Positions 49,866 to 61,960 of a stretch of 64,000 nucleotides of DNA are shown piece after piece (the stretch's first letter is position 1; each line of letters starts with the position of its first letter). The translations under genes and the position numbers were made by a program. The stretch is taken from contig MCFE01000080.1 in the NCBI GenBank assembly GCA_002104905.1, forward strand, positions 1 through 64,000, given 5' to 3'. Origin of the DNA: Basidiobolus meristosporus CBS 931.73 (taxonomy: Eukaryota; Fungi; Basidiobolomycota). The notes under the pieces were generated by a model, which had not been told where the DNA came from, made no database searches, and saw only the letters and a program-made list of their open reading frames with translations.

Positions 49866-50359
49866 ATTGTTACAGCACCAATTAAATCTTTAAAGTTTTA
49901 TCCCCTTATTTGGTTATCAAATTAGCAAAACACTGTTGTGATCCCATCATAAGATTGTAAGGAGGGTCACTAATTCCAGGCTGCTGGTATTATGACAGTC
50001 CCTGAACAGGATCCTGACAGCTGATCTGGATCAGATCCACCCGCAGGACCAAATTATTCATCATAGGGATCATCATTCCACAGAGAGAACATAGAGAAGT
50101 CAACATGCAATTGCAGCAAAGCTGGCAAGCTATAATCCATTGGCCAGAATTTTGAATCAATTGGAAACTGGAGATACTTAAGATAGAGGGTATTTGTTAG
50201 AGCAAAAGCTTTCAACTGGGAGCAATGCATTTGGTTTCAACAATATCCCTATACTGATGACCAAGTTGTACATTTGGCATTTCAAGCTAAATGTTCCCTT
50301 TGAAATACCAGAGAAATCTGACAGATTGGGAGCCATATGTTGACATTGTAGAAATATTT

Positions 50360-51542
50360 TGTGGGTTATTACTGACTGTACTTGGTGAGTGGGAGAGCCT
50401 GTACATTGTGGTGGTGTAGAGGTACTCCTGGGAGAAGCTACACAACTCAAGTTGTGTGAGGTGTCTGATGGGTGCAATAACCTCTGTGTCTAAACTGCTG
50501 GTGTCTTGGTCAATATGTCACTATGGTAAAAGCTCCTGCTTCTCTATATTCCTAGGTGCTCCAAGTGTCTCCAAAGGCCTCTGTGTGTCTTGTCCACTAC
50601 CCTGAAAAGCCCCTTGATGGCAGGTCTGAGATGTACTGTTGAAGGCAGGTGTAGTGATCAACTGCTAATCAATAAGGGAGAAGTGTTAATGATACAAGGG
50701 ATGATTTATTTATGAGGGATTGCTTTCCCTTAAATACTTTTCCTGATTGCCAGGTGATTACTATTGACAAGGTTCTAGAAGATTCTAGGTATCAGTGGAA
50801 ATCTTGATGACATCACTATGAGCTAAAAATATACCAAGAATGTCCTGGAAGGTTCTAAAAGGCACAGCACATTCAACCAATCAGGAATCAGTAGTCTGAA
50901 ACCTGTGCAAAATAAAAATACCATGTGGTATTCAAATGGTAGGGATGGTAACACAGACTTAGGTCATGTGTCATGGGTACTGACATGGGTACTTGCCTTA
51001 TGTAGATACATATACTGATCACAAAGCTGAATAACATCTGGGATAACTAATGCTAATAACTAATCAGGGTAAACATCATATGGGGATAATACTGATAATA
51101 TGGGCAAAAGAAGAATGGGATAATACTGATAAGATAAAATATGGATAAGTATATCATAATTGCTATATGAGTAAACTTGTCTGTGGGAGGTATGTTTACC
51201 CTACCACAATGTTAAGTCAGTACCACTTGGTTCAGAATAGCTTCCAATAGAAGGTAGCAAGGTAATAAAGACTTGTGCCTATTTCTGTCCAAATCCTCTT
51301 CTCCTCTCACTTGGTTCAATATGGTAGATATATATACCACTTGGGGGGCTTAGATAATAGACAATGTGTTATAAAATAGTGGTGTGAACACCATCCTGTT
51401 ATGGTAAGTGTTCTAACTAGATAAGGGCAGGGATAGGAGGGAGGGTGCATGGGGGAATCATAGGGAGAATACTGGGGGACTTTGGGTAGGACTCTGTGGA
51501 GAACTCTTGGGCAAAGAGTGGGTACTGCATTTAGTACTCACA
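50360..51542. mobile_element. Solo LTR, 1183 bp, TG...CA with a perfect 5-bp TSD (TATTT)
   Basis: TGTGGGT...ACTCACA flanked by TATTT at 50355-59 and 51543-47. Copy A transposase resumes in register with copy B (AATATTTATCCAGAAG). Confidence 0.88.
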
Positions 51543-53104
51543 TATTTATCCAGAAGCAGATCACCAATGCCAAATTGACGCATCTATGGCTATTGTGCAG
51601 GGAGTTTGTGATGGAATTTGAGCAGCTATGCTACAAATATAAAGCTGAACACTTAGATCTCTGCCGCTACTGTATTCATTCTCTACTCCATCTTGCATGG
51701 TGTATGGAGAATATTGGGCCTTGCTCCAAATTTTGGGAGTTTCCTATGGAGTGGATGTGTGGGGAGATAGGAAGACATGTCAAGTCCCAGGTACTATCAT
51801 ATCCCAATCTCATCAAGAATATTACCTTCAAGTCCATCATGGATTTGATGAGTTAGCATATGGCGGATAGCCAGGAAGAGTTGGAAAATACTGAGGGCAA
51901 ATGTGCATATGGAGACACCAATGCCTATGGCATTGAGAAGCTAAGCAGTCCCAATTCATGGGTAATAAGTTAAGTAATGCATAATTGGGTTGGGTGTAAC
52001 AAGCAACTAATTTTTATTAATAAAGCTCTACCAAGGTATGCAAGATTTTGCATGGTCACAGGCCAACTTCTACACCATTCAATACAGAATTCACACAAAC
52101 AAAAGCCAGAGTGCACATATACAGGGGACTAGAATCCAGCAGGGAGACGGATTATATTGGCTAAATACCAAGAAGCTTTTTGTTGATATTCAGGAGGTAT
52201 TTATGGCAGAAGTGGCCACAACCAAGCATAAGTTTGCAAGATGTAAATGTTACCAGCAGTAAAAGGTATATGGTAACTTTTCAAGTATCACACTAAAAAG
52301 CTGCAAAGTTGAGGTGATAGAGGTATGTCAATTGTGGCATGTGTGCATGTTTGTAGAGGTTAGTAAGCAGGAGGCCATAGTTTCTTTTGATTCAAACTAT
52401 ATGTGGAATACCCAAGGTAGTAGTGGGTAAGCAAATAAAGAGGGGTGATTCAACAGTGGAATATATGAATTGCACAAGGGGAGGTAGAAAAAGGAAATAC
52501 CATTTGGTAAACTGGTACAGTAGCATTATACAGAACTAGCTGTAGGCTGTCATACAGCCAATATTATGCCATCAGAGTCTTGCTGTGAGGCTGTTGTAAT
52601 ACCATCAAGTTTCTTGCCATAAAAAGCAATTGGATGTCCTGGCTGGTTGGATCCACTTAAAATAGTTGAAGAGTGCAAAAAGACCACAATAATATCATAC
52701 AATTATTCTCACAACACCAATAAAATCTTGTCAAGTTTTATCACTTTATTTGGTTGTAAAATTTGCAAAATAGCATTGTCATACTCTCACAAGATTGTTA
52801 AGAGGGTCACTAATTCAAAGCTGCTGGTATTATGACAATCTCTAAGCGGGATCCTGATGGCTGATCTGGATCAGATCCACCTGTGGGACCAAATTATTTT
52901 TCATAGGAAATAGATGATATAACTGTCATTAATATACTTAATCTAGGGGTCAAATTTACTGTAGGCAGTGCTTCTTACTTCTACCATGGTGTTCTGACCT
53001 TCTGTTGAATATTAGGCATATTTAATTCTGTGGTAACCTTGCCTTATTTGGAAATCACTTTCCTTTCAGTGAAGTTATTTTCTCAAATGGAAGTTCTGAG
53101 CTGC

Positions 53105-53335
53105 TCTTTAACCTAAAGGGGTGTAGTGTAGAAGTCTCTAAAGGGCTCTTTAGACCTAAAGGGGTGTCTTTAGAGTAAAAGGCCTTTCTGTTGTGGTCAC
53201 TAAAGTGGACTTTACACTAAAGGGGTGCCTCAAGGAGCTTCTTCAGAGTAAAAGGGCTTCTTCAAGGGGTCTCTAAAGGTGTATCTAAAGGGGTGTGTTA
53301 AGAGTAAAGGGGCTTCTTAGAGGGGACTTTTCTGA
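53105..53335. repeat. Degenerate tandem array of TAAAGGGG-containing units
   Basis: Recurrent CTAAAGGGGTG / GAGTAAA(A)GGG(G)CTTCTT motifs with irregular spacing. Confidence 0.6.
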
Positions 53336-53973
53336 CCAAAAAGTGTCAGCTTTAATGTAGAACTTAGATTGAATTCTTGTGAGCTTTGCAGTCCCTTTAC
53401 TGACGTAATACCAATCAAAGACAGAATACTCAACAGTGCAAGTGATGCAGGGGAAGTCTTATAACCTTTAAACTTGTAAATGTAGCTTGGGGACTCTGGA
53501 AAGAGAGGCTCTCCATTTTTTTTCAGCTGGGGAAGTCATATATATGAAAATTCTGAAGGTTCAAAGTTTGTGGGGAATTGCACAAGCAATGCATATGACA
53601 CAAAGCTAAAATTTTGCAGTGGTGTAGATTGAACATTGGCACAACACCTGTGAGAATATCACATTGCTTGATTGGCAGTTTGAAAGTTACACACAGTTCA
53701 AGCCACCATAGTAATCCTAGTAACAAAGGCCTATTTTATATGGTAATTGGACTCTTTTGATCATAACTCCTTGAGTACAACTTCAAGTGAGCTGCAATTT
53801 GAAACATGTGTTGGCTACTGAGTGTTCTGCATGACATAGTATTTGTAGGTGGATTGCTTCTCAGGGTCTGGAGCTTTTGTCTTTCAAAGTTGGAAATTTT
53901 TGATCTTCCATATGTGTGTTACAACAGCAAAAGCAAAATAAAGAAATGGGTGCATTATTGTTTTTGAGATATT

Positions 53974-54708
53974 AGGCTTGTTCTGTTGGATAGTGCCACA
54001 TTGAGCCATGAGTGCCAAATGATGCCATTGTGTGCCAGAGGGGCCAAGTGAGCCAATACTCAGCCACAGAGTGTGAAACATATATCTGCATCTTTATGCA
54101 AAGCAGCTCCTGTGTTACACTCATTGTGATGGAGAAAATCCTTTTTTTGACCTTTTTTTTTAGGTCAATGTTTTACAGGATGTGCAAGAGCACTAAAGGA
54201 TTGAAGATATGCATCTGGTACTAAATACCCATGGCACTCTGAATCTTGCTCCTGTGGCTTGTAACATGTCACAAAAATGCATGGCACTCTCTTGGTCCAC
54301 TGGTACTATCTGGCACTATAGGTGCCTTGTATTGATCTTACTTTAGGGCTAATATTTAAATATAGTGCCAGATAGAACCAGTGGACCAAGATAGTGCCAT
54401 GGATTTTTGTGACATGTTACAAGCCACAGGAGCTAGATTCATAGTGCCATGGGCATTGAGTACCAGATGCATATCTTCAATCCTTTAGTGCTCTTACACA
54501 TCCTTCACAATATTGATCCACAAAAACAGGTCAAAAAAATGGATTTTCTCCTGCATCATAGGTGAAACACAGGGGATGCTTTGCATGAAGATGCAGATCT
54601 ATGTTTCACACTCTGTGGCCAAGTATAGGCTCACTTGGCCTCTCTGGCACACAATGGCATCATTTGGCACTTATGGCTCAATGTGGCACAATCCAACAGA
54701 ACAAGTCT
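53974..54708. mobile_element. Foldback MITE of the PHIS family, 735 bp, ~345-bp arms and ~40-bp loop
   Basis: Termini AGGCTTGTTCTGTTGGATAGTGCC and ATCCAACAGAACAAGTCT, flanked by ATT/TTT. The inner 80 bp of the arms (54241-54320 vs 54361-54440) differ at only 4 positions. Confidence 0.9.
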
Positions 54709-54989
54709 TTTGTTGTAATGGAACACTTTCCATTACCACAGTTGCTGCTGCCTTTAATTGGTCTCGGGCAGCTCCATTGTTGGTAATCACTGTGTATTAA
54801 TGCATATTCCTCTTCCTTCTTGTGGGTGCTTGATGGACTCTGGGGCTAATACAAGCCCTTAGAACCTGCCTGTCAGGCTATTCTGGATGGTAACTAACAC
54901 ATCCTCATCAGTGGTTGGTACACCCATAGATTCCATCTCATCCACCAGCAGTGTAATTTGGTTAATTAGATATTTCATTTCTTCTCCTG

Positions 54990-55723
54990 GCAGCATATTT
55001 GGGTTAATAAATTTTTGTCTAAAATGCATTTTGTTGGCAGCTGAGCATGACTAGTATATGTCTTCTAATGCCTTTCTGGCATTCTTTATGGTTTTTGCTC
55101 TTGATCATTGAATTAGCAGTTTGTCTTTGGCATTAAAGCAAATGCAATTAAAGGCACTTTGTTCTTTCTTCTGGTACTTTAAGGCTTCCTCTCCCACGTT
55201 TATAGGAGGGCATTCTTCTCCCATGACAATATCCCAAAGGGCTCTTTCATGCAGCAGCATCTTCACCTTGACCTTCCACATTTAGTAATTACATCAATCC
55301 AACTTTTCAGCAGAGAGAAAGCTCCAGTAATAGAAGTAGTAGACATTATAGAGAGTGATAGCTTGAGGCTTGTAGCTTGCTGTAAGAGTCTTGGAGTTAT
55401 TGGAAGTGCCTAGGAGGACAAGTAGACTACATAGTGTTCACTTAATGATTTATTGAATGTAAAGTAGTATTTATACTTTCACATGCTCTTGGTATAGCAA
55501 ACATATAGAATAGGCTTAGGAAGATCCCAAGTACATGTGTGCAAACTTTGGGGCTGTTTGGACAACTTTAAGAATTTTCATGTTCTGGATACATGGTATT
55601 TTGGTGAAAATATTTTAAGTAAATCCCAGCTAGGAGTTTGGTCTGTGTTTTCTAGGATTTCAAGGTAATGATTACAGTGACCAAGTTAGGTGAGTATTTA
55701 GTGAACTTCCAGTTTCTACAACA
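54990..55723 (-). mobile_element. Ty1/copia relic: LTR 55378-55723 plus gag start
   Basis: On the minus strand the LTR reads TGTTGTAG...CTTACAGCA, then a degenerate PBS and MWKVKVKMLLHERALWDIVMGEECP (copia gag N-terminal pattern). The 3' extent of the relic is approximate. Confidence 0.75.
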
Positions 55724-58700
55724 CTCCCACTCAACTAAATGCTCATACTGACTAGTTGTAATTGTCACTTAAGATATTGCAAATAATTATGCACATGACT
55801 TTAGCAGTATAGACCAGACACATGTGTTGGTGCCTCAGCTTCAGGAACCAAGGAGATTTTTAACATGCTTTTGCCCCAAATGACTAATATATTGCATTAT
55901 ATATTAGTAGAGCTATGTGGCTTCTGAGAGTAATATACACAGGATTCTTCAAGATAACAACTCCAAAGTTTCTAACAGAGTACAAATGATTACCTTAGGA
56001 ATCAGTAGGTGAGATTTAAGAGGAAGTATACCAACAATGACTGCTTTGTCTAGATTGCACCAGTACTCCTTGCTGGATTGTTCTCTAGGCCCTGCAATGC
56101 CAGCATACAGGGGCATGTCAGTGCATGTAAGTATAGCATTGTGCTGGACTTGACCAAGGGCCCCACCAATGTCTTCTGTTGAGCCTGCACACACTGCTAC
56201 ACCTAAGCATCAGAAAGTTGTTTCTGAAGAGCTCACAGATAAACACCGACTGGAAGTACCTCCACTGCAGGAGCATTTAGCATGTAAAAGAACACAACAG
56301 CACATGGCACTTCAGGCTGGTTCTGCAATATCCCTGAGAGATATGCAGCACAGCCATAAAGCAGCACTTCAACCATCAGCCAGGAGGCAACCTACTGACT
56401 ACAAGCACCCAAGTAGCCAAGATGATTGTCAGCAAGTAAGTAGTTCAGGTATACAAAGTAAGTAGCTGCCAAATGCTTCAGTAGTAATTTCAGTAAGAGA
56501 GTAAATTGTGAGAACTTAATATGATTGAGCTAAATAGCAATTGTTTGTCATGATCCAAGCAATTCTTTGTTTCTGTCATTGCACTCTAATCATTGTACAC
56601 CAATGATCATTTAGTGCTAGATGTAAGTGCTTTCATTGTTTTGCCACATTTGAGACAACAACCATTCAAATAAGCACCCTGCATATTTATACCTCATGTT
56701 TTACACTGGCACAGTTGTTTGATTTGTTTTGCAGCTACCCAATTGGTTACATGCTAGCTATGACCCTCTGTCTAATTGCTCAGATTGGGATTTATTTGCT
56801 GAATTAGCAAAATGTGATATTTGATGGCAAATTAGGTGGCTTGTGTATTGGTCAATAAGCCAATTGAGGGCTCATATTTCAGTATACTTGTGACCAATCA
56901 ATTACTGACACATCATCCAACTGGATTGATGCTAATCAAAATGGTAAGTATTAGTATAGTCCATAGTGCAATATGCATTTGTTGCCATTTACATCAAAGA
57001 AACTTATCCAAGTACCAGATTTTGCCTACAATAACCCTTATGAGATATAATTATAATGATCCCATCAAAAGACCCTCACAAATTTAAAGCCCCATCACAA
57101 AGAGGTATTGATCCTATCAGAACAGTGTGCAAGGACTGTCAAAAAGTAATTGCACCCCAGATTTCACAAAAAGCTTAGCCATAATTTAGTATCACAGCAA
57201 TACACAAGTGGCTTTTGATTTGCTCTCTGCCAATTCTCTCTCATTCAGAACTTGAGCACTCAATCACCTCCTATATTTGTGTACATGGATTGGCTATTGC
57301 CTATTTTTCACACTCCTTACTTCCAGACTCAATCATTTCTCTTACTAATTATGCATACCAAATAATTTATTCCTATTGAAACTTCACTTGTGTCTCAATT
57401 CCCAATTGTATTGGCCTATACAAGTCTCTATACTCCACACTAGCATTGGGTGCAACCCTACACTCTGCAAGTAACTCCATTAAAATCCACCACTCAATAA
57501 GTATTTCTGCTGTAACGCTCTGGTTCCACAACTTTGGCAGGAACCCAACAGCTTTATGCCACTGTTCATTCATTGGTTCCCACACATCCTGGTCTTCAGC
57601 TGGTACTGCAAGGTCTAGCAACTCATATGCCAGTCTTTGGAATAAATCCTTGCAATATTCAAGTGCATTTTCTTGTGCACTGCACTTGAAGAGCTGCTGC
57701 AACCTCTTTGTGTGCCTATTAATGTTCCAATATTCCACCGAAGGCATTGGTACAACCTTTTGAGTTCCTGATGTTGAAGCTTGGTCTATCAGTGGGATGT
57801 CCATTATGTCAGCAATAGACCAATTGCCTTTCTCTGCAAACTCTTCTACCTCACTGGAGTGTAGCTGAACTGGCTGTGCTTCCAACTCTTGTGAGAACAG
57901 CTGTTTTCTTGTTGGGAATTTGTCTTGACTACAATGTGATTCAGTCTGTTCTGGGCTTACGGCATTAATTGGCAAGAACTGTAGCTTTTTCTTATGCTTT
58001 CCTGTTGCTGACTGGAATAGGTTTTTTCACTTGACCTTTTCCTTTATCAATGCCAGGTCTTTCACTGCTACTTTGTATGAGTGCTACTTGTATTAAACTA
58101 CATTTTCTCTTGGGTGGATGATGCTCTACTGCAACTGTTTGGGCCTGCTTGGCCCTTTCTGACACTCTATGGGCAGCCTTGCATTTCTTTTGTGCTTGTA
58201 GTGAGCTCTCAGCCATAGTTGCAACAGGCTCTTGAGGTAGGGTCTTATCACTGCCAGTTCCTTCACGCCACTTTGACTGAGTGCTTTTGGAGTGAAAATG
58301 CACTTTTTCCTTGATAAATGTTGTGATGGTGCTTCCATGTCTGCCTGCTTGTTCCTTATCTGCACTCTTCCAGCTATCTGACATCTCTTTGATGCTTGTT
58401 TAGAACTTTTAGCCCTGCTTGTAATGGGCTCTTGAGGAAGGCACTGGTCTTGAGCTATTGCACCCTTATTCTTCTGCCTTTGATAGTTTCTGCTATTCTT
58501 GAGATACTTTGCTAGTATACTAATGCTGGCCCAAAAATCATTTGCTTGTTTGAATCCAGAGTAATGCTCATTGCAAAATTCTAGCACATTCTGATTGGCC
58601 TTGATTTCCTGATGGTCTCATGGCATGCCAGCCTTTAGGTGATGGCATGCTAGACTTCTTACAACCTATTGAATATTAGCCCACTCTCCATCATTCACTC

Positions 58701-58945
58701 AACTGCTTCATAGGTCTTCAATGTCTTTTAATTTTTAGGCTTTGTTATCAACACTACATTTTCTCCCTCCCATGCTATGATGCATCTTTCTGTAGGCTTT
58801 ATCTTTGGGCATGGTTGTTGTGCTTCAAAGACTATGCAGTATTCATCTGCTGCTACATAAAATAGTAGCTCAATTCTTAGCTGTAACATTGAGCCACTTG
58901 GGTTTCTCTGTTGCAGGAAAGATATTGCTTTCTCTAGCTGGGATA

Positions 58946-59293
58946 TGCTTTAAGAGTGTTGGAGATATTGGAGGTGATTTGGAGAACAAGTAGATTATGT
59001 GGATTTCACTTAATCATTTATGGAATGTAAAAGTAGTATTTATACTTGTACAGGGTCTTGGCATTACAAGCATGTAGAATAGGCTAAGGAAGGTCCCAAG
59101 AACATATGTGCAAAGTTTGGGGCTGTTTGGACAACTTTGAGAATCTTCATGTTTTGGGTACCTGGTATTTTGGTGAAAATATCCAAAGTAAATCCCAACA
59201 AGGAATTTGGTCAGTATTCTCTAGGATTTGAAGGTAGTGATCTAAGTGACTAAGTTTGGTAAATATTCAGGTGGATTTCCAAATTTCTACTAC
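58946..59293 (-). mobile_element. Solo copia-type LTR (348 bp) inserted in copy D's accessory gene
   Basis: Homologous to 55378-55723 over its full length, TG..CA ends, degenerate 5-bp TSD (GGATA/TGATT). Host sequence resumes at TTGATTGC. Confidence 0.8.
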
Positions 59294-60088
59294 ATGATTT
59301 TGATTGCTTTACACATATTATCTGCTCATCCAGTTTCTGGACTATTTCCTGATTTCTCTGGGCCATTGCATCTGTCCTATCAGCCACCGCACCTAAATGC
59401 CTCATGAATGCTTTGGTTTGAGCTGACAACATACTTGCTAATATGGGTGGTGGCAATGTTATGACAGCCACTTGCTGGTCTTCAGCCAAATGTACTGCAA
59501 TTGCTAAATTCTCATCTACCTCAGCATTATGGTGAGCTTGCAGCTCAGCAGAGATTCTCAATTGCCTACTTGACTAAGAGCCCAAGGAGTCTGCATTATT
59601 GCCTTTAGTGGGCACAATGTTAACATGGCCTTTTTTGGATGTAGCCCTACTTGTTGCACTGAATGTCAAAGCAAGCTGTTGTCCAACTGCTATTCTCCTG
59701 CAGTCAGCAGTGGGGCTTGGTTGGAAACCACAAAACTTTATTGTATTTTATAGCGGCTTATTTACTGAAGTGAGTCAAAATGAAGCAGAAAAAGTGCTAT
59801 GTATACATGTATATATAGTATCACAACTTAAGCTATACTACTTACTATGGTGCTCATCATTGAGTCTTACATTCATGTAGTTATAATGTCTCAAATTCAA
59901 GACTGTCTTAAATTTGCATGTGTATTGACCAAAAAGTGATATATTGATGTTACATTGATGAGTGTCAAACTGCTTGCCCCATGGACAAGACTACTTTGAT
60001 TCAATGCCATAAGAGAAGAGAAAAGCAACCATGTGGGCATTGTGGTATGCCTATCAGCCATGAAGCATGCAGATAGCATAGGAAGTAC

Positions 60089-60391
60089 TGTGGCAAGAGT
60101 ATCAGAGCTATTGTAAGTGATTGCAAGGATAAGTAGATTAAGTGGTTTTCACATAATGATTTGTTGAATGTAAAAGTAGCATTATACTTTTACATCATTG
60201 TGGCATAACAAGCACATAGAATAGGGTCAAGAAGGTTCCAAGAACATGTTTGCAGGGTTTGGGGCTGTTTGGACAACTTTGAGAATTTTCATGTTTTGGG
60301 TACCTGATATTTTTGTGAAAATATTCTAGGTAAGTTCCAACAAGGAATTAGGTCAGTATTCTTTAGAATTTGAAGGTAATGATCTAAGTGA
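60089..60391 (-). mobile_element. Truncated copia-type LTR of the same family
   Basis: Shares GGGGCTGTTTGGACAACTTTGAGAAT and flanking sequence with 58946-59293 and 55378-55723. Confidence 0.75.
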
Positions 60392-61519
60392 CAGAATATG
60401 GAATTAATTGGAAACCAGAGATATTGAAGATAGAGGATATCTGATGGAGCAAAAGCATTCCACAGGGAGCAATGCATTTGCTTTTCAATAATATTCCTGT
60501 ACTCATGACCAAATTGTACACAGGGCATTTCATGCTAAATGAGCCCTTCAAGATGCCAGAGCAATTTCAAAAAATTGGCAAGATATTACAGAGTATCTGA
60601 TGTGGTGGTGTCCAAGCAAGAGATACATCTAACACATGTCAAATGCTTCATGTTTGGGGTGTTCATTGGGTGCAACAACCTCTGGAAAAAGCTTGCTGGG
60701 AATACTTGGGTTTTGTCCCTACTCTAAGGTGAAGGGGAATAAAGCTATAAGCTTGTCAAGGGAAAACTATTGAGCTACAATCACCAGCTTTGTTGGCATC
60801 TTTACAAAAGTATGTGCTGGGTACAGCATCCTCCAAGATGACAATGTACCAAAGCTTCCAAAGTCAAAACAGCTGTACACTCCACCAGCAGGGACTTAAT
60901 AAGAATGCAGCTGTGGTCAATAGTTGTAACTACAGATAAGTATCTTTGTCTATACAGGAACAAACTTGGCAAAGAATCAAATATGATAAAAGGTGCCTGC
61001 CCTGAGTATTCCGCACAAGTAGTGCCTCCAAGGTCAGTAGGTGGGCAGGGTGGTTTCTTGGGAGTGCCCCATGGTTTGAGATTGGAAGTTCCAGAGGCAG
61101 CAGGTAGCAGTGATCACACTAATCGCAAAGTTGATATATTAATAAAAGGGATGCTGATTATGTTGAAATGTTTCAAGAGATAAATTGGAAGTGAATTGGA
61201 GAGTTAGAAGATTTACATGATATTCACTTGTTGTTTTATTGAGCTACAGCAGAGTATTTGTACTTATTGCAGAACTATGTAAATGTAGCTATTTGGTAGC
61301 TGTTAGCGGAGTCTCAGGAGTACATGTGCCAAGTTTCAGCTCATTTGGACAAATTTCAGATTTTCCTACAATTCTGTACTTCTCTAATTTCTAATAATCA
61401 GTAAATATCTTACAAACTAATTTCTAAGTTGATAATCTGAAAGACATCATTTCACTAAGTGCTAGTTCAAAATATATTAATATTTAGGTGCACTCCTAAT
61501 TATTTAAACCAGGTTAATT

Positions 61520-61960
61520 GTTGAGGGATTGACTCCCTTATATACTTTTCTTGCTGGCAATGTGATTACTAATAACAGTGTGCCAGAAGGTTCTGGATAT
61601 TAATAGAACTCTAAGTAAAATCAGTAAGAGCTAAGAACATTGTAAGTAGATGCCAGAAGGCTCTAAGAGGCACAGCACATCCAACCAATCAGCGATTAGT
61701 ATTCTGAAGTCTGTGTAAGATAGGGCCACCATATATGGAATGAAATAGTAGTGTTGGTGACACAACTTGATCATGTATTACAGATCCTGGTGCAGGTATT
61801 TACCTAATATAGAAGCACTTACACCTAGTAATCTTACAGAAAGTACGGGATCATTTATGCAATAAATAGCCAGCTATTATAGTTAACTGGCTTATGTAAT
61901 AACACTGATCAGATAAGACAAATGGGATCAAATTAAAATAAGGGTGGTAGAGAAGTAGGG
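61520..61960. mobile_element. Fragment related to the 1.18-kb LTR family
   Basis: AGGCACAGCACAT(C/T)CAACCAATCAG and flanks match about 50720-51150. Further similarity near 60600-60685 suggests a larger disrupted copy. Confidence 0.6.

Larger units (their letters stand above)
43351..50068 (+). mobile_element. CACTA-like copy B (about 5.77 kb net), inserted inside copy A's transposase with a 2-bp AT duplication
   Basis: Begins CCCTTATC and ends CATCATAGGG, with AT on both sides (43349-50, 50069-70). The empty site AAGAAC-AT-CATC occurs in its own transposase (about 47299-47310). Confidence 0.9.
36441..52908 (+). mobile_element. CACTA/EnSpm-like DNA transposon copy A (about 5.6 kb net), interrupted by three insertions
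   Basis: Left end CCCTATGAAAAAATTATT; right end AAATTATTTTTCATAGGA. A minus-strand accessory gene lies at about 36737-38820. The plus-strand Tnp2-type transposase is in pieces (39100-40175, 43132-43350, 50071-50359, 51548-52540), each resuming where the intact copy B predicts. Confidence 0.85.
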
